The position numbers and the translations under genes were made by a program. The notes under the pieces are model-generated. The model had not been told where the DNA came from, searched no databases, and saw nothing but the letters and a program-made list of their open reading frames with translations. From contig MCFH01000045.1 of NCBI GenBank assembly GCA_002104945.1, forward strand, positions 248,001 through 312,000: a stretch of 64,000 nt of DNA, read 5' to 3'. The DNA is from Piromyces finnis finn (Eukaryota; Fungi; Neocallimastigomycota). Below are positions 39,475 to 51,443 of this stretch, in pieces. The stretch's first letter is position 1. Every line of letters begins with the position of its first letter.

Positions 39475-42400
39475 ATGGCTGATTCAGCAAAATCAACAAA
39501 TTTGCCACAAGGGATGGGACCACCACCAGGAATGGGAGGACCACCTCCAGGTAAAGGAGGACCACCACCAGGTATGGGAGGACCACCACCAGGTAAAGGA
39601 GGACCACCACCAGGTATGGGAGGACCACCAAGAATTCGTTCTGATCCACCAGTAAAGTTTATACAACTTTTCAAATTTTCTACTACTGTTGAGAAAATTT
39701 GGTTATTCATTGGTTTTATTGCTGTTATATTAGAAGGTATTGCAACCCCTTTATTAACTTACTGCTTTGGTGAAGTTTTAAATATATTCACTGATCGCGA
39801 AAAAAATAAAGCTTTATCTGCTCTTCCTCATGACAATCCATATTTTGAAGAAAAAATTCCGGAAGAGACCTTTTTAAAGAATGTTAATAAGCAAATAATT
39901 TACTTTCTTATTTTAGGTGCTGTTGCTTTTGTTTGTTCATCATTTTGGTATTACATTTTTACTGTTACTGGTGCTAGACAAACTACTCGTATTCGTTTAT
40001 TAGCTTTTCAATCTATGTTAAAGCAAAATATTTCTTGGCATGAAACTAAGAACGCTGGTGAATTAACTGGAAGTATTGTAAGTGATACTCTTATGATTCA
40101 AGATGGTATTTCAGATAAAATTGGTAGATTTGTTGTTCAAATCATCACAATTACTGGTTGTTTTGTATTAGCTTTTTTCCGTTGTTGGAAACTTACTTTA
40201 ATCTTAGTTGTTGGTATTCCAATTATTAGTATTGCTGGTGCTATTCTTGGAGCTAATATGTCTAAGTTAGGTCGTCAATCTGCTATATGCTTCGCAAAGG
40301 CTGCTGGTGTTGCTCAGCAATCTCTTTCTATGATTCGTACTGTTAATGCATTTTGTGCTGAAAAGAAAGAGTTACAACGTTATAAGAATACTTTGGCAGC
40401 TTCTGTTAAAATCGGTATGAAACGTGCTAATGTACTTGGTATCTGTTTAGGAATTGTATTTGCTGTTTCTTACTTAATTTATGGTGCAGCATTCTTCTTT
40501 GGTGTTCGTTTCATAAATGGAAATACTACTTCTGGTGATATTTTAAATGTATTAATGGCTATTATTATGGCTTGTAATACTTTGAATAGTTTAACTTCCA
40601 ATATTTCTATTTTTACTGATGCTTGTGCTGCTGCTGGTTCTCTCTTTGCTATTATTGATCGTTTACCAAAAGAAATTGAAATTAAAACTGAGGGTGGTAA
40701 GAAATCAGGTGAAGACAGTATTAGTGGTACCATTGAATTCCGTGATGTTCACTTTTCTTATCCATCTCGTCCAGATACTGAAGTTTTAAAGGGATTATCT
40801 TTCACCTGTAAACCAGGTCAAGTTATTGCTTTAGTAGGTACTTCTGGTAGTGGTAAATCTACTGTTATTCAACTTTTAGAAAGATTTTATGATCCCGCTA
40901 GCGGTGAAATTTTGATCGATGGAAAAAATATAAATGAATATAATGTAAACACTCTTCGTAGTAATATTGGTATTGTATTACAAGAACCAACTCTTTTTGA
41001 TGCTACTATTGGTGAAAATATCAAAATTACTCGCCCAGACGCTACGCAAGATGAAATTGAACGCGCTGCTAAACAAGCACATTGCCATGAATTTATTTCT
41101 GAACTTCCATTAGGTTACAACACGGCCACTGGTGAACGTGGTGCACAATTAAGTGGTGGTCAAAAACAACGTATTTGTATTGCTCGTGCTTTAATTGATA
41201 ATCCAAAGATTTTATTATTAGATGAAGCCACTGCTACTTTAGATAATCGTTCCGAAAAAACTGTACAAATGGCTCTTGATGCTGCTTCTGTTGGTCGTAC
41301 CACTTTAGTCATTGCCCATCGTTTAACTACTATTAGAAATGCTGATTGCATTTTAGTTATGGACAAGGGTACTATTATAGAAAAGGGTACTCACGATGAA
41401 TTAATGGCTATTGGTTCTGATGGTGTTTACTATGGTTTAGTTAAGACTCAAGAATTATTAGCCACTACTGATGATTCTTTAGTTGACGAATCTGATGTTA
41501 ATGATAGTAGTTTCTTAAGTACTGATGATGAATTTGATGATACCAATAATGAAAGCAAAGAGTGTCTTACTCAAAAAGAAAAAATGGTCTTTAAAAATAA
41601 TAACCATAACAGACATCTTAGTTTCCAAGCACCACCTCATAAGAAATTACATAAATACACCTTCTCTGAAAGTATGAAGTATGATAGAGATAATATTAAT
41701 AAAAATCAATATAACTTTAAGGGTGATGTAGGATTTATTAAAGTTGGAAAAGTAGGTAATACAGAGAAGGATAATGAGCAGAAAGAACATTGCATTGATA
41801 TAGAAAATAATAATGAAAATCGTGACAATGATAATAAATCAACAACAGCAAATGGTGAATTATCTAACAATAAACATATTAGTACACTAACCTATGAATC
41901 TGTTTCAATGAAACGTACAACAACTTTGCTTTCCGATAAGGAGGCTCAAGAATTAGAAAAAAGTTTAAAGTTCGATAAAAAGAATAATCGTTATGTTCAA
42001 AAGGAAAAAGACTACTCTAATAGAATGATTCCAGTCGGAAAACTTTGGAAATTAATTAAGGGGTTCCGTGGTATATTTATCATATCTCTTATTGGTTCAG
42101 CTTTCAATGGATGTATCCAACCAGCTTTTTCTATTATTTATTCAAATGCTATTAATCTCTTCCGTGAAACTGATAAAGATAAAATGTATTCTAGTGCTAA
42201 TTTATGGGTTCTTCTTTTCGTTGCTTTGGCGGTTGCTAACTTCCTTTCATTCTATGCTCAATCTGGAGGTCAAACTGCTAGTGGTGTTAAACTTTCCCAT
42301 TCACTTCGTATTAAACTTTTCGAAAGCATGCTTCGTCAAGATGTTAGTTTCTTTGATTGTAATGATGTAGGTACCTCTCGTCAAGCCAGTGGTACACGTG

Positions 42401-43914
42401 TAAGTGTTGGTCCTAAAAATAAATCTGCTGCTAAAAATGCCGGCTCTGGTTCATTAACATCTAAACTTTCCACAGAAGCTTCTTTAGTTAGTGGTTGTAT
42501 GACATATCTTGGTAATAGTATTCAAATGATTTGTTGTATTTGTGGTGCTCTTGTTATTGCTTTACTTAATGGTTGGAAATTAGCTTTGATTATTTTAATT
42601 ACTGTACCATTTACTATTGTATCTGGTATTTTCCAAATGAAGTCTAGAAGTGATGTTAATGGTCGTACTCGTACTCACTATGAAAGTGCTTCTCAATTAG
42701 CTTGTGAAGCTATTGTTAATATCAAAACAATTTTTGCTCTTAGCATTGAAAATCGTTTCTACGAAAAGTATAAGCAAAAGCTTGTTGAACCAGATAAGCG
42801 TTTAATGCAACGTTCAATCATTAGTAGTTTAGGTTATGGTATTTCTAGTTCTGTTACCTTCTTTACTTATGCTGTTGGTTTCTATTTTGGTTCTAAATAT
42901 GTTAGTAATGGAGAATACAATTTTAAGCAAATGATGTTAGTCTTTGCTTCTCTTATCTTCTCTGCTGATGTTATTGGTCGTTATGCTACATTAATGCCAG
43001 ACTTAAACAAATCAAAGGTTGCTCTTTTCCATGTCCTTGAAATCATCAATAAAAAATCAAAGATTGATCCATACGATGAATCAGGAATACCTTTCAATCC
43101 TAAGGAATCCGTCGGCTTGGAAATTTCCAGTTTACGTTTCCGTTATCCAGCTCGTCCAAATATACCAATTTTACGTTTTAGTCATGATGATGGGTTCCGT
43201 ATTGACCCAGGAGAAAATTGTGCTATTGTTGGTACTAGTGGTTGTGGTAAGAGTACTATTGTTTCATTAATCTTAAGATGGTATGATCCAAGAAAGGGTA
43301 ATATCAATATTAATAATGTTAGTAACAGAGACTACAATATCAATGAATTAAGAAAAAGTATTAGTGTTGTTAATCAAGAACCATCCCTCTTTAATATTAG
43401 TATTTTGGAAAATATTCGTTATGGTAAGTCAGATGCTACAATGGAAGAAGTTTATGAAGCTGCCCGTTTAGCAAATATTCATGACTTTATCATGTCATTA
43501 CCAGAACAATATAATACAGTTACTGGTGGTTATGGTAATAGTAGATTAAGTGGTGGTCAAAAACAAAGAATTGCTATTGCCAGAGCTATTATTAAGAATC
43601 CAAAATTATTATTATTGGATGAAGCTACTTCCGCTCTTGACGCTGAAAGTGAAGCTGCTGTTCAAGCTGCATTAGATAAGGCTTCCCAAGGTCGTACCAC
43701 TATTACTATTGCTCATAGAATGTCAACGATTCGTGATGCTGATGTTATTATTGTTATGAAGGAAGGTAAGATTATTGAACAAGCAAGAAGATACCAAAAC
43801 AAGTCTGCTCATGAACAACTTCTTTCTAAACAAGGAGAATATTATCAAATGGTTTTAATGGGTGGAAATAAGTCAAGAATAAATAAGAATGATGTGAAGA
43901 AGTACATTAAATAG
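39475..43914 (+). CDS. ABCB1: Full-size ABCB1/MDR-type ABC transporter, 1479 aa, intronless
   Basis: TMD-NBD-TMD-NBD; Walker A GTSGSGKST and GTSGCGKST; LSGGQKQR signatures; LLLDEAT Walker B; IAHR H-loops. Confidence 0.96.
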   Translation: MADSAKSTNLPQGMGPPPGMGGPPPGKGGPPPGMGGPPPGKGGPPPGMGGPPRIRSDPPVKFIQLFKFSTTVEKIWLFIGFIAVILEGIATPLLTYCFGEVLNIFTDREKNKALSALPHDNPYFEEKIPEETFLKNVNKQIIYFLILGAVAFVCSSFWYYIFTVTGARQTTRIRLLAFQSMLKQNISWHETKNAGELTGSIVSDTLMIQDGISDKIGRFVVQIITITGCFVLAFFRCWKLTLILVVGIPIISIAGAILGANMSKLGRQSAICFAKAAGVAQQSLSMIRTVNAFCAEKKELQRYKNTLAASVKIGMKRANVLGICLGIVFAVSYLIYGAAFFFGVRFINGNTTSGDILNVLMAIIMACNTLNSLTSNISIFTDACAAAGSLFAIIDRLPKEIEIKTEGGKKSGEDSISGTIEFRDVHFSYPSRPDTEVLKGLSFTCKPGQVIALVGTSGSGKSTVIQLLERFYDPASGEILIDGKNINEYNVNTLRSNIGIVLQEPTLFDATIGENIKITRPDATQDEIERAAKQAHCHEFISELPLGYNTATGERGAQLSGGQKQRICIARALIDNPKILLLDEATATLDNRSEKTVQMALDAASVGRTTLVIAHRLTTIRNADCILVMDKGTIIEKGTHDELMAIGSDGVYYGLVKTQELLATTDDSLVDESDVNDSSFLSTDDEFDDTNNESKECLTQKEKMVFKNNNHNRHLSFQAPPHKKLHKYTFSESMKYDRDNINKNQYNFKGDVGFIKVGKVGNTEKDNEQKEHCIDIENNNENRDNDNKSTTANGELSNNKHISTLTYESVSMKRTTTLLSDKEAQELEKSLKFDKKNNRYVQKEKDYSNRMIPVGKLWKLIKGFRGIFIISLIGSAFNGCIQPAFSIIYSNAINLFRETDKDKMYSSANLWVLLFVALAVANFLSFYAQSGGQTASGVKLSHSLRIKLFESMLRQDVSFFDCNDVGTSRQASGTRVSVGPKNKSAAKNAGSGSLTSKLSTEASLVSGCMTYLGNSIQMICCICGALVIALLNGWKLALIILITVPFTIVSGIFQMKSRSDVNGRTRTHYESASQLACEAIVNIKTIFALSIENRFYEKYKQKLVEPDKRLMQRSIISSLGYGISSSVTFFTYAVGFYFGSKYVSNGEYNFKQMMLVFASLIFSADVIGRYATLMPDLNKSKVALFHVLEIINKKSKIDPYDESGIPFNPKESVGLEISSLRFRYPARPNIPILRFSHDDGFRIDPGENCAIVGTSGCGKSTIVSLILRWYDPRKGNININNVSNRDYNINELRKSISVVNQEPSLFNISILENIRYGKSDATMEEVYEAARLANIHDFIMSLPEQYNTVTGGYGNSRLSGGQKQRIAIARAIIKNPKLLLLDEATSALDAESEAAVQAALDKASQGRTTITIAHRMSTIRDADVIIVMKEGKIIEQARRYQNKSAHEQLLSKQGEYYQMVLMGGNKSRINKNDVKKYIK
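39505..39630 (+). repeat. 21-nt coding tandem repeat encoding G(M/K)GGPPP
   Basis: GMGPPP GMGGPPP GKGGPPP GMGGPPP GKGGPPP GMGGPPR. Confidence 0.9.
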
Positions 43915-44037
43915 ATTTTTTTTTTATAACAAATATTATAGTTCATTTTTAAATTTTCAGTCATTATTAAGTAGTTTTTTTTAAAAAAAATTTTGTTTTA
44001 AAAAATTTAAAAATCTTTATTATCTATTATTTAATTT

Positions 44038-44073
<36 letters not shown>

Positions 44074-44225
44074 ACCTTAAGCTATACCTATCTTGCCATT
44101 ATTTAATTCAATTTTTTTTTTAAAAAAAAAATCTATCAAGTACTTTAAAGAGAAATATAGATTATTATAAACAAAAAAAGTAAAAAGATATTTTAGAGAA
44201 ATCTATTAACTAGATTAGAAAAACA

Positions 44226-44257
<32 letters not shown>

Positions 44258-44729
44258 CAAAAAAATCAAAATCAAAATCAAAATTTTCATTAAATTAAAA
44301 TTTTTTGTATAAAAAAAAGTTATACCAATATATCCACTAAAGATAAAAAAAAAATTTTTTTTTATAACCAATTTAACATTTAGAAAATAAAAACTTGTTA
44401 TTTAGAGATAAAAAAATATAAAATTATAAATAAAAAACAATATACATTTCTTTTTTTTTTTTTTTTATAAAAAACAAACTTGCAACATAAATAATAAAAA
44501 TAATAAAAAATAAAATAAAAAAATAAAAAATATGTAAATTTTTTTACTTTATATTTTTTACTTTTCAAAAAAAGAAAATAGAAAAAAAATTTTTTTAAAA
44601 GAAGGTTACATTTGTGTTTGTTATGGTAATACAATAATAGTATTCCTAGTTTTCCTTATTGGATATTATGATGTTCAAAAATTTGATAAATTTAAAAATT
44701 ATTTCATTCATTTTGTAGATGATAGATAG

Positions 44730-46746
44730 CTTCATAAAGGAGTCCGTCAAGGATGCCCTCTTTCTCCTATTCTCTTTAATCTCTTTATTAATGATATATT
44801 TAGAGAGTGTGAAGATCTAGGAGTCAGTTTAGGTGACACTCGATGCTGTGGTGGACTTTTTGCAGATGATATAGTTATTTGTGCTCCAACAAGAGGATGC
44901 TTAAAAAAGATGCTTAGAAGAGTTAATGAATGGGCCTTGTATAATGAAATGGAATTTCGTATCCAGAAATGTTCAACGATGGTGATTCGTCCTGAATCAA
45001 TAGAAAATCAGAACAAGAGAGATCCAACATTTTACTTAGCAGGACAACCCATTCCAACTACTGATTGTTATACTTATCTTGGTGTTCCATTTGATAAGAA
45101 TCTGTCCCTTAAACCAGTTATTAAAGCTCTTAATAACAAGGTTTTGAAAGGACTTTTCTCAGTCAGTAAATTCTTAAGAAATCCTAATATTCCTATTCTC
45201 TTCAAAAAGCTAGTACTTAACTCACAAGTGATTAGCAGAGTTTCATACTTTGCACCATTACTTGGATTCAACAAAGCTAGGTCTAGGATTGCTCAGAAGC
45301 ATGTTAACAAAGGAATACGATGGGTTGCCGGAGTTCATAAAGCTGTATCGTTTATATCTTTATACTCTATTTCAAAAGATTTGAATATTCCTCCATTGTC
45401 AGCCAAATGTGCGTTAGCTCAGGTTAGATGTTTTAACAAATGGAAAAACTCAAATTGTATTATCTCACACCTTGTCAATTACATTCCTAAATTTAGAAAA
45501 TACACGTGGTGCAAATCAAGTAGGACACTTGATAAAAAACTAAAGAAGCATGGAGATATTAAAGCAATTAATAACTTTTATTGGAAAGATCTCAAAGGGA
45601 ATTCAATCAAAGCGCAATATTATGATGATAATAAATTTATTGAAACTAAAGATTTTATTAAATTATGTTATGAGTACCCAGAGTTTGCCTATGGCTTCTA
45701 CTGGCTATTGAAAGCAAGAAGCGGATACAAGTTGGATGCTAGAGTTGCCAAAGCTGCTAAATTTGTTGATCCAGTTTGTCCTAACTACTGTCCATGTTGC
45801 AAGTATGGTGTTCAAAGTATTAAACATTGGTTATTAGATTGTCCAACATTTAGAGATATCCGTATTAAATATTATGATTCTATAGTCCATCTATTAAATT
45901 TTTTCAGTCAATGTAATTCCAATAGTCCTATCAATAATAATGAAATTGATAATATCAGCAGAGATAGCAATAATATTAACAATAATAATAATAACAATAG
46001 TAATAATAATAGTAACAATAATAGTAATAATAACAATAGTAATAATAGAAATAGTAATAATAACAATAGTAGTAATAGAAATAATAATATTAGTAATGAT
46101 AGCAATAGTGATGATAATAATTCTAATTTAGATAGTAATTTAGTTAATGATAGTAATAGTTCTAATAATCCGGTGAATACTAATGTGTATGATTATTCTA
46201 GTGTGTGCAGTAAAATATTTAAATTCCTTCTTGGGGGAAGAAGTTTTAACAATATTAATTACAATTCAAGGGAATGGAAAGAACTTTGTAAGCGTCAGAT
46301 TCAATCTGGTACTAATGAAGGAACACCATTCTTGACGGTAACCGCGGAACTTCTAACCAAAATCATGCCTTTTGCTATTGGCCAGCAATGGTCAATGTTC
46401 AAAAGGTTTGAAGCAACATCCAAGAGCGTCAATGCTGAAGAAACAGTAAGACAGGCTAGGAGGGCCAGCGCAACCAATGGAGATCATAATTTTGTTCCAT
46501 GACAAAATTTTAATCTTTGGCTCGGTGTCCCATTGGAAGTCAAATACAATTATTATACTTTAGTATGATAGTGGCTTTCTTACTTTAATTAAAATTACTA
46601 GAATATATTATACCCAATTTTTATTCATTTGTGTTTATATAAACATATTTTTTTTTATTTTTATTTTTATTTTTATTTTTAATTTTTTTATTACATGTAT
46701 TATAATTTTAATTAAATTAATAATAAAGTTTAAAATATTTGATGCC

Positions 46747-46783
<37 letters not shown>
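44730..46783 (+). mobile_element. 5'-truncated non-LTR retrotransposon (LINE): RT C-terminal half, CCHC knuckle, 3' UTR, poly(A)
   Basis: Frame open 44730-46502: KGVRQGCPLSPILFNLFIND, LFADDIV, YTYLGV, CPCCKYGVQSIKHWLLDC (CX2CX8HX4C). No restriction-like endonuclease motif seen downstream. A-tail 46750-46783. Confidence 0.93.
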
Positions 46784-46785
<2 letters not shown>

Positions 46786-47594
46786 CATAAGGAATCCTCT
46801 AATATTCCTATTCCATTCAAAAAGCTAGTACTTAACTCACAAGTGATTAGCAGAGTTTCATACTTAGCATCATTACTTGGATCCAACAAAGCTAGGTCTA
46901 GGATTGCTCAGAAGCATGTTAACAAAGGAATACGATGAGTTGCAGGAATTCATAAAGCTGTATCGTTTATATCTCTATACTCTATTTCTAAAAATTTGAA
47001 CATTCCTCCCATTGTCAGCCAAATGTGCATTAGCTCAGGTTAGATGTTTTAACAAGTGGAAAAACTCAAATTGTATCATCTCACTCATTGTCAATTACAT
47101 TCTTAAATTTAGAAAACATACATGGTGCAAATCAAGTCGAACACTTGATAAAAAATTAAAGAAGCAGGGAGATGTTAAAGCAATTAAAATCTTTTATTGA
47201 AAAGATCTCAAAGGAAATTTAATCAAAGCGCAATATTATGATGATAATAAATTTATTGAAACTAAAAGTTTTATTAAATTATGTTATGAGTATTTGCCTA
47301 TGGTTTCCACTGGCTATTGAAAGCAAATAAAAGTTGGATACTAGAGTCTGCTAAAATTGTTGATCTTTGGCTCGGTGTCCCATTGGAAGTCAAATACAAT
47401 TATTATACTTTAGTATAATAGTGACTTTCTTACTTTAGTTAAAATTACTAGAATACATTATACTCAATTTTTATTCATTTGTATTTATTTAAACATATTT
47501 ATTATTTTTTTTATTTTTATTATTATTTCTAATTTTATTTTTTTATAACATATTATAATTTTAATATTAAACTAATAGTAAAGAGTTTAAAATA
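46781..47594 (+). mobile_element. Decayed, 5'-truncated, internally deleted copy of the same LINE family, head-to-tail after copy 1
   Basis: Aligns to ~45168-45771, then jumps at shared atc to ~46516-46737; contains a stop (cga tga) and frameshifts. Confidence 0.9.
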
Positions 47595-48142
47595 AAATGT
47601 TTCCGAAAAATTCCTTATATATATTTTCTATGATTTATTAAACGGTATAAAGTTACAGTTTATTAAAACTTTACCGTAGAAAGGATAAAACCAAAAAAAA
47701 AAAAAAAAAAAAGATTTATAAGGAGTTCATGAAAAATAAAAAATAAGAATTTTTTTTCTCTAGAGAATTGAAAATATTTATTATATCCTTATTTCATCCT
47801 CCATTCTTAATATTCAGTTTTTATTTATAAGAGTAAACACACTACAATTTTGATTTTTATTTAATACAATAATAATCATTATATTGTTTTTTGTCAATTA
47901 ATATAAAAAAGTGGTTTAGTGAATATATAAAAAAAGTTTAAATTAAATTCAATAGAAATTATAAACTTTTGTTTTTTTTTTTTTTTTTGAAAAAAAATAT
48001 TAAAGTACATAACATCATTTTCAATAGGATATTTATATAAAAAGTTTTAAAAGTATGAAATCTATTAAAGTCATTTTAATATACTTTATATTAAAAAAAA
48101 TTAATAGAAAGTAAATGAAGTTAATGTAATTTCATAATATAA

Positions 48143-48191
<49 letters not shown>
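48143..48191. repeat. (ATT)n microsatellite
   Basis: Uninterrupted att run. Confidence 0.9.
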
Positions 48192-48195
<4 letters not shown>

Positions 48196-49748
48196 TTTTT
48201 TTAAATATTAAATGGTTAAGTACTAAAATTAAAAATAATAGAATTTTTTAATATTAGCCATATGTTAAAAATATTTGTATTAAATTGGATAAAAAAAAAA
48301 AAGGTATAAAAGACAAAAAAAAAATTTTTTTTAAAATTTTTTTTTAAAAATCAAAACAAAATGAAACGAAAAGTTATAGATTCTTGAAACTTCAAAGGAA
48401 ATGAAGAAGAGAAAAACGAGGTAAAAAAAAAAAGTAAAAATATAATAATATTGAATAAATATAATAAATCTATTAAATCAAAGGAACTAATTTTTATTTA
48501 TTATATAACATCTTTTATAACAATCAAATCAAAGAATTTTTTTTCTTTCTTTTTATTCCTATTGTGATTAACAATAATGATTAAATAGTTATTATTGATA
48601 TATATATATATATATATAATTCAAGAAATCTTTAAAACTATTTCAAATTCTATAATTAATATATATATATATAAACTTATCAAAAATTAAGCTTATATGG
48701 CATATAGATTTAATTTTTGGATATATAAAAGAATTGTTTCACAAACCCTCATTTTTTTTTATTATTAAATTGTGAATATTTTAATATTTTCTTTATATAT
48801 TTATGAATTTGACTACACAAAAACAATGCTACATTGCCTATAGTAATTAGTATTTTATATTAAAATTTTATGATATTATTATAGCTTTCATAAAAAAACA
48901 TTTATTAAAATATTTTATTTCATTTTTTAAAATAATAATATGTAATTCATAATTTTTTTGTGTGTAAAAATATATATGTAAAAAAAAAAAAAAGTTTCTC
49001 TTATAGTTTTTAAAAATAAAATAAATACAAAACTTATATTTTATACTTTTAATATTTTAATTTTATGTTTTTGAGTTGAGTTAGTGTTAATACTTTTAAT
49101 AATTAACAGTAAATCCTTTTTTTTTTTTTTTTTAATATTAATCCATTATACCTTTAAATAATTATTTTTAGTATATGTTTAATATTTATTATTTATAATA
49201 AATTTATAATAAAAAAGAATAAAAAATAATTTTTTTAATATAAATTATCACAAGAAGTATTATATTTATTTTTAAATATATTTTTGATAGAGTAACTTTT
49301 ATGTAATAATTTATATATAATATTTATATATATATATATTTTATAATTAATAACATATTTTCTAATACCATAAATACTTAAAAGAAATCTAAAAAAATAA
49401 AATTAACAACTTAATATAAAATACACAATAAATACTTAGATAAATGCTTTTCTTTTTTATAGAAAAAGTAAAAAAAAAAAAAAAAATAAAAGAATATATA
49501 GGAAAAAAGAAAAATAGAAAACAAATTAAAATAAAAAAAAAAAAGAAATTAATAAAATAAAATATTAATACAAATAAATATATGTTTTAAAGTAGGTAAT
49601 ATACAATATATATAATAGGTTTAATAATATTATTAAAATAGTTTTTAAATTTTAAATAATAAAATGTATTTATAATATATATATATTTGTTTTGTCTTCC
49701 CTCATCTTTTAATTTCTTTCTTCTTTTTAAGTATTAATAAAAATTATT

Positions 49749-51412
49749 CTATTTTTGTGCTTTTGATGAATTTTTTTCATAACGTTTTTTCATAGTAGAT
49801 ACCAAGATATCTTTTTGTTGTTCTTGATTCTCTTCTTGAGTTTTCTTTTTCTTAAAAGATAAAAAGAACATCTTTTTAGCATTAATGGAAATTCTGCTAG
49901 ATTTTTTATTAGAGTCTTCACTTTTATTAGACTTATTACTTTTATTACTTTCATTACTTTTAAGAGATTCATTGGATTCTTTTATATTATCTGTTTCTTC
50001 TATTACAGTATCAGCATTTATTACTTTTCCTGAGGCTCTATTAGAAAGGGATCTTCTATTACCATTTGTAGTTGTAGAGGAATCAACACTTGTATCTTTG
50101 AATGAATTATTTTCATAACTTTCTATTTCGGAATTTGTTTGCTTGGATTTTAATAAACTATCATTAATTCCATTCTTATGCTTACTAAAGTCAAAATCTG
50201 TTGCAGTTGAATTTGTATTATATGAACTATAGGTCTAGTATTTTTTTTTTATATTAATTAAAAAAAAATATGAAAAATATAATGTAATTATGTTAAATAT
50301 TTTTTTAAAAAATAATTATAATAGTTTTTTTCATTAATAGATAAAAAAATTAAAGAATAATATATATAAATAAATGGTTACTTGAATAGAACGTCTATAT
50401 AATTTATTCATATTAATATCATTATTTGGACTTGTAACACCTGGACTATAACAACAACTTTGGGTCCCATTACCAAAGGATACAGATGGTCCTATAACAT
50501 TATTATTTCTGTGAGAACGATTAAATGGTTTGATACCACCTTCTGTTAAACTTAAATTGAAGGTTGGTATTATTCTCTTGCTTCCCTTTGCATTTAATGC
50601 CATATCACTACCACATAATCCTCTTGGTAACATTAAAGAACATGGTCTAGCATGATGATTATCAGTAGTTTGTAATTGTGTCATATTATTATAATAAAGA
50701 TCATTCTTATCCATTTTCAAATTATCTAAACTTTCACTAAGACGCTTTTCTAATGAACTACGCTTAAATTGACGAATTTCATCTTTTCCTTCTTTTTTAT
50801 CAAGTGAATTGAGAGCTACTTCAATCATAATATTATTCTTAGCACTAACTTTATGATTAATCGGTGTTATTGTACTAGTAATTTCACTCATATCAGAAAT
50901 CTTTATATTGGGTTGAGGATTTATTTCTATATTTTTATTATTTTCTATTTCTTTTGGTTTTTCTTCTTCAGTTTTTTCATTTTCTGTTTTCTTATCCTCT
51001 TTCATTTCTTCTTTTTCTTCTTCTACTTTTTCTTCTTCTTTATCTTCTTCTTTTTGTTCATCAGTGTCATTCAAGGTAGTGGTATATATTACTTCATTAA
51101 GTTTTGACTTTCCTACTGAATGATCATTTATCTTTTCATTTTCTTCAGAAATATTGTTATTAATACTATCTGATTCAACTTCTGGTGGTTCATTATCTTT
51201 CTTCTCCATTGCTAATTTAATTAATTCTTGTTGTTTTACAATTAAATCTTAAATATTATATTTATATTTTTTTAAAAAAAAAATTTATATTATTAATATT
51301 TGTTTAATTGTTTTTATATTATAATGTTGTTTGTTTTTTTTATTTAGTTGAATATTAATTTCAACGCATATTAGAAAAAATGTAATTTTAAATTTAATAA
51401 TGGTTAAAATAA

Positions 51413-51443
<31 letters not shown>

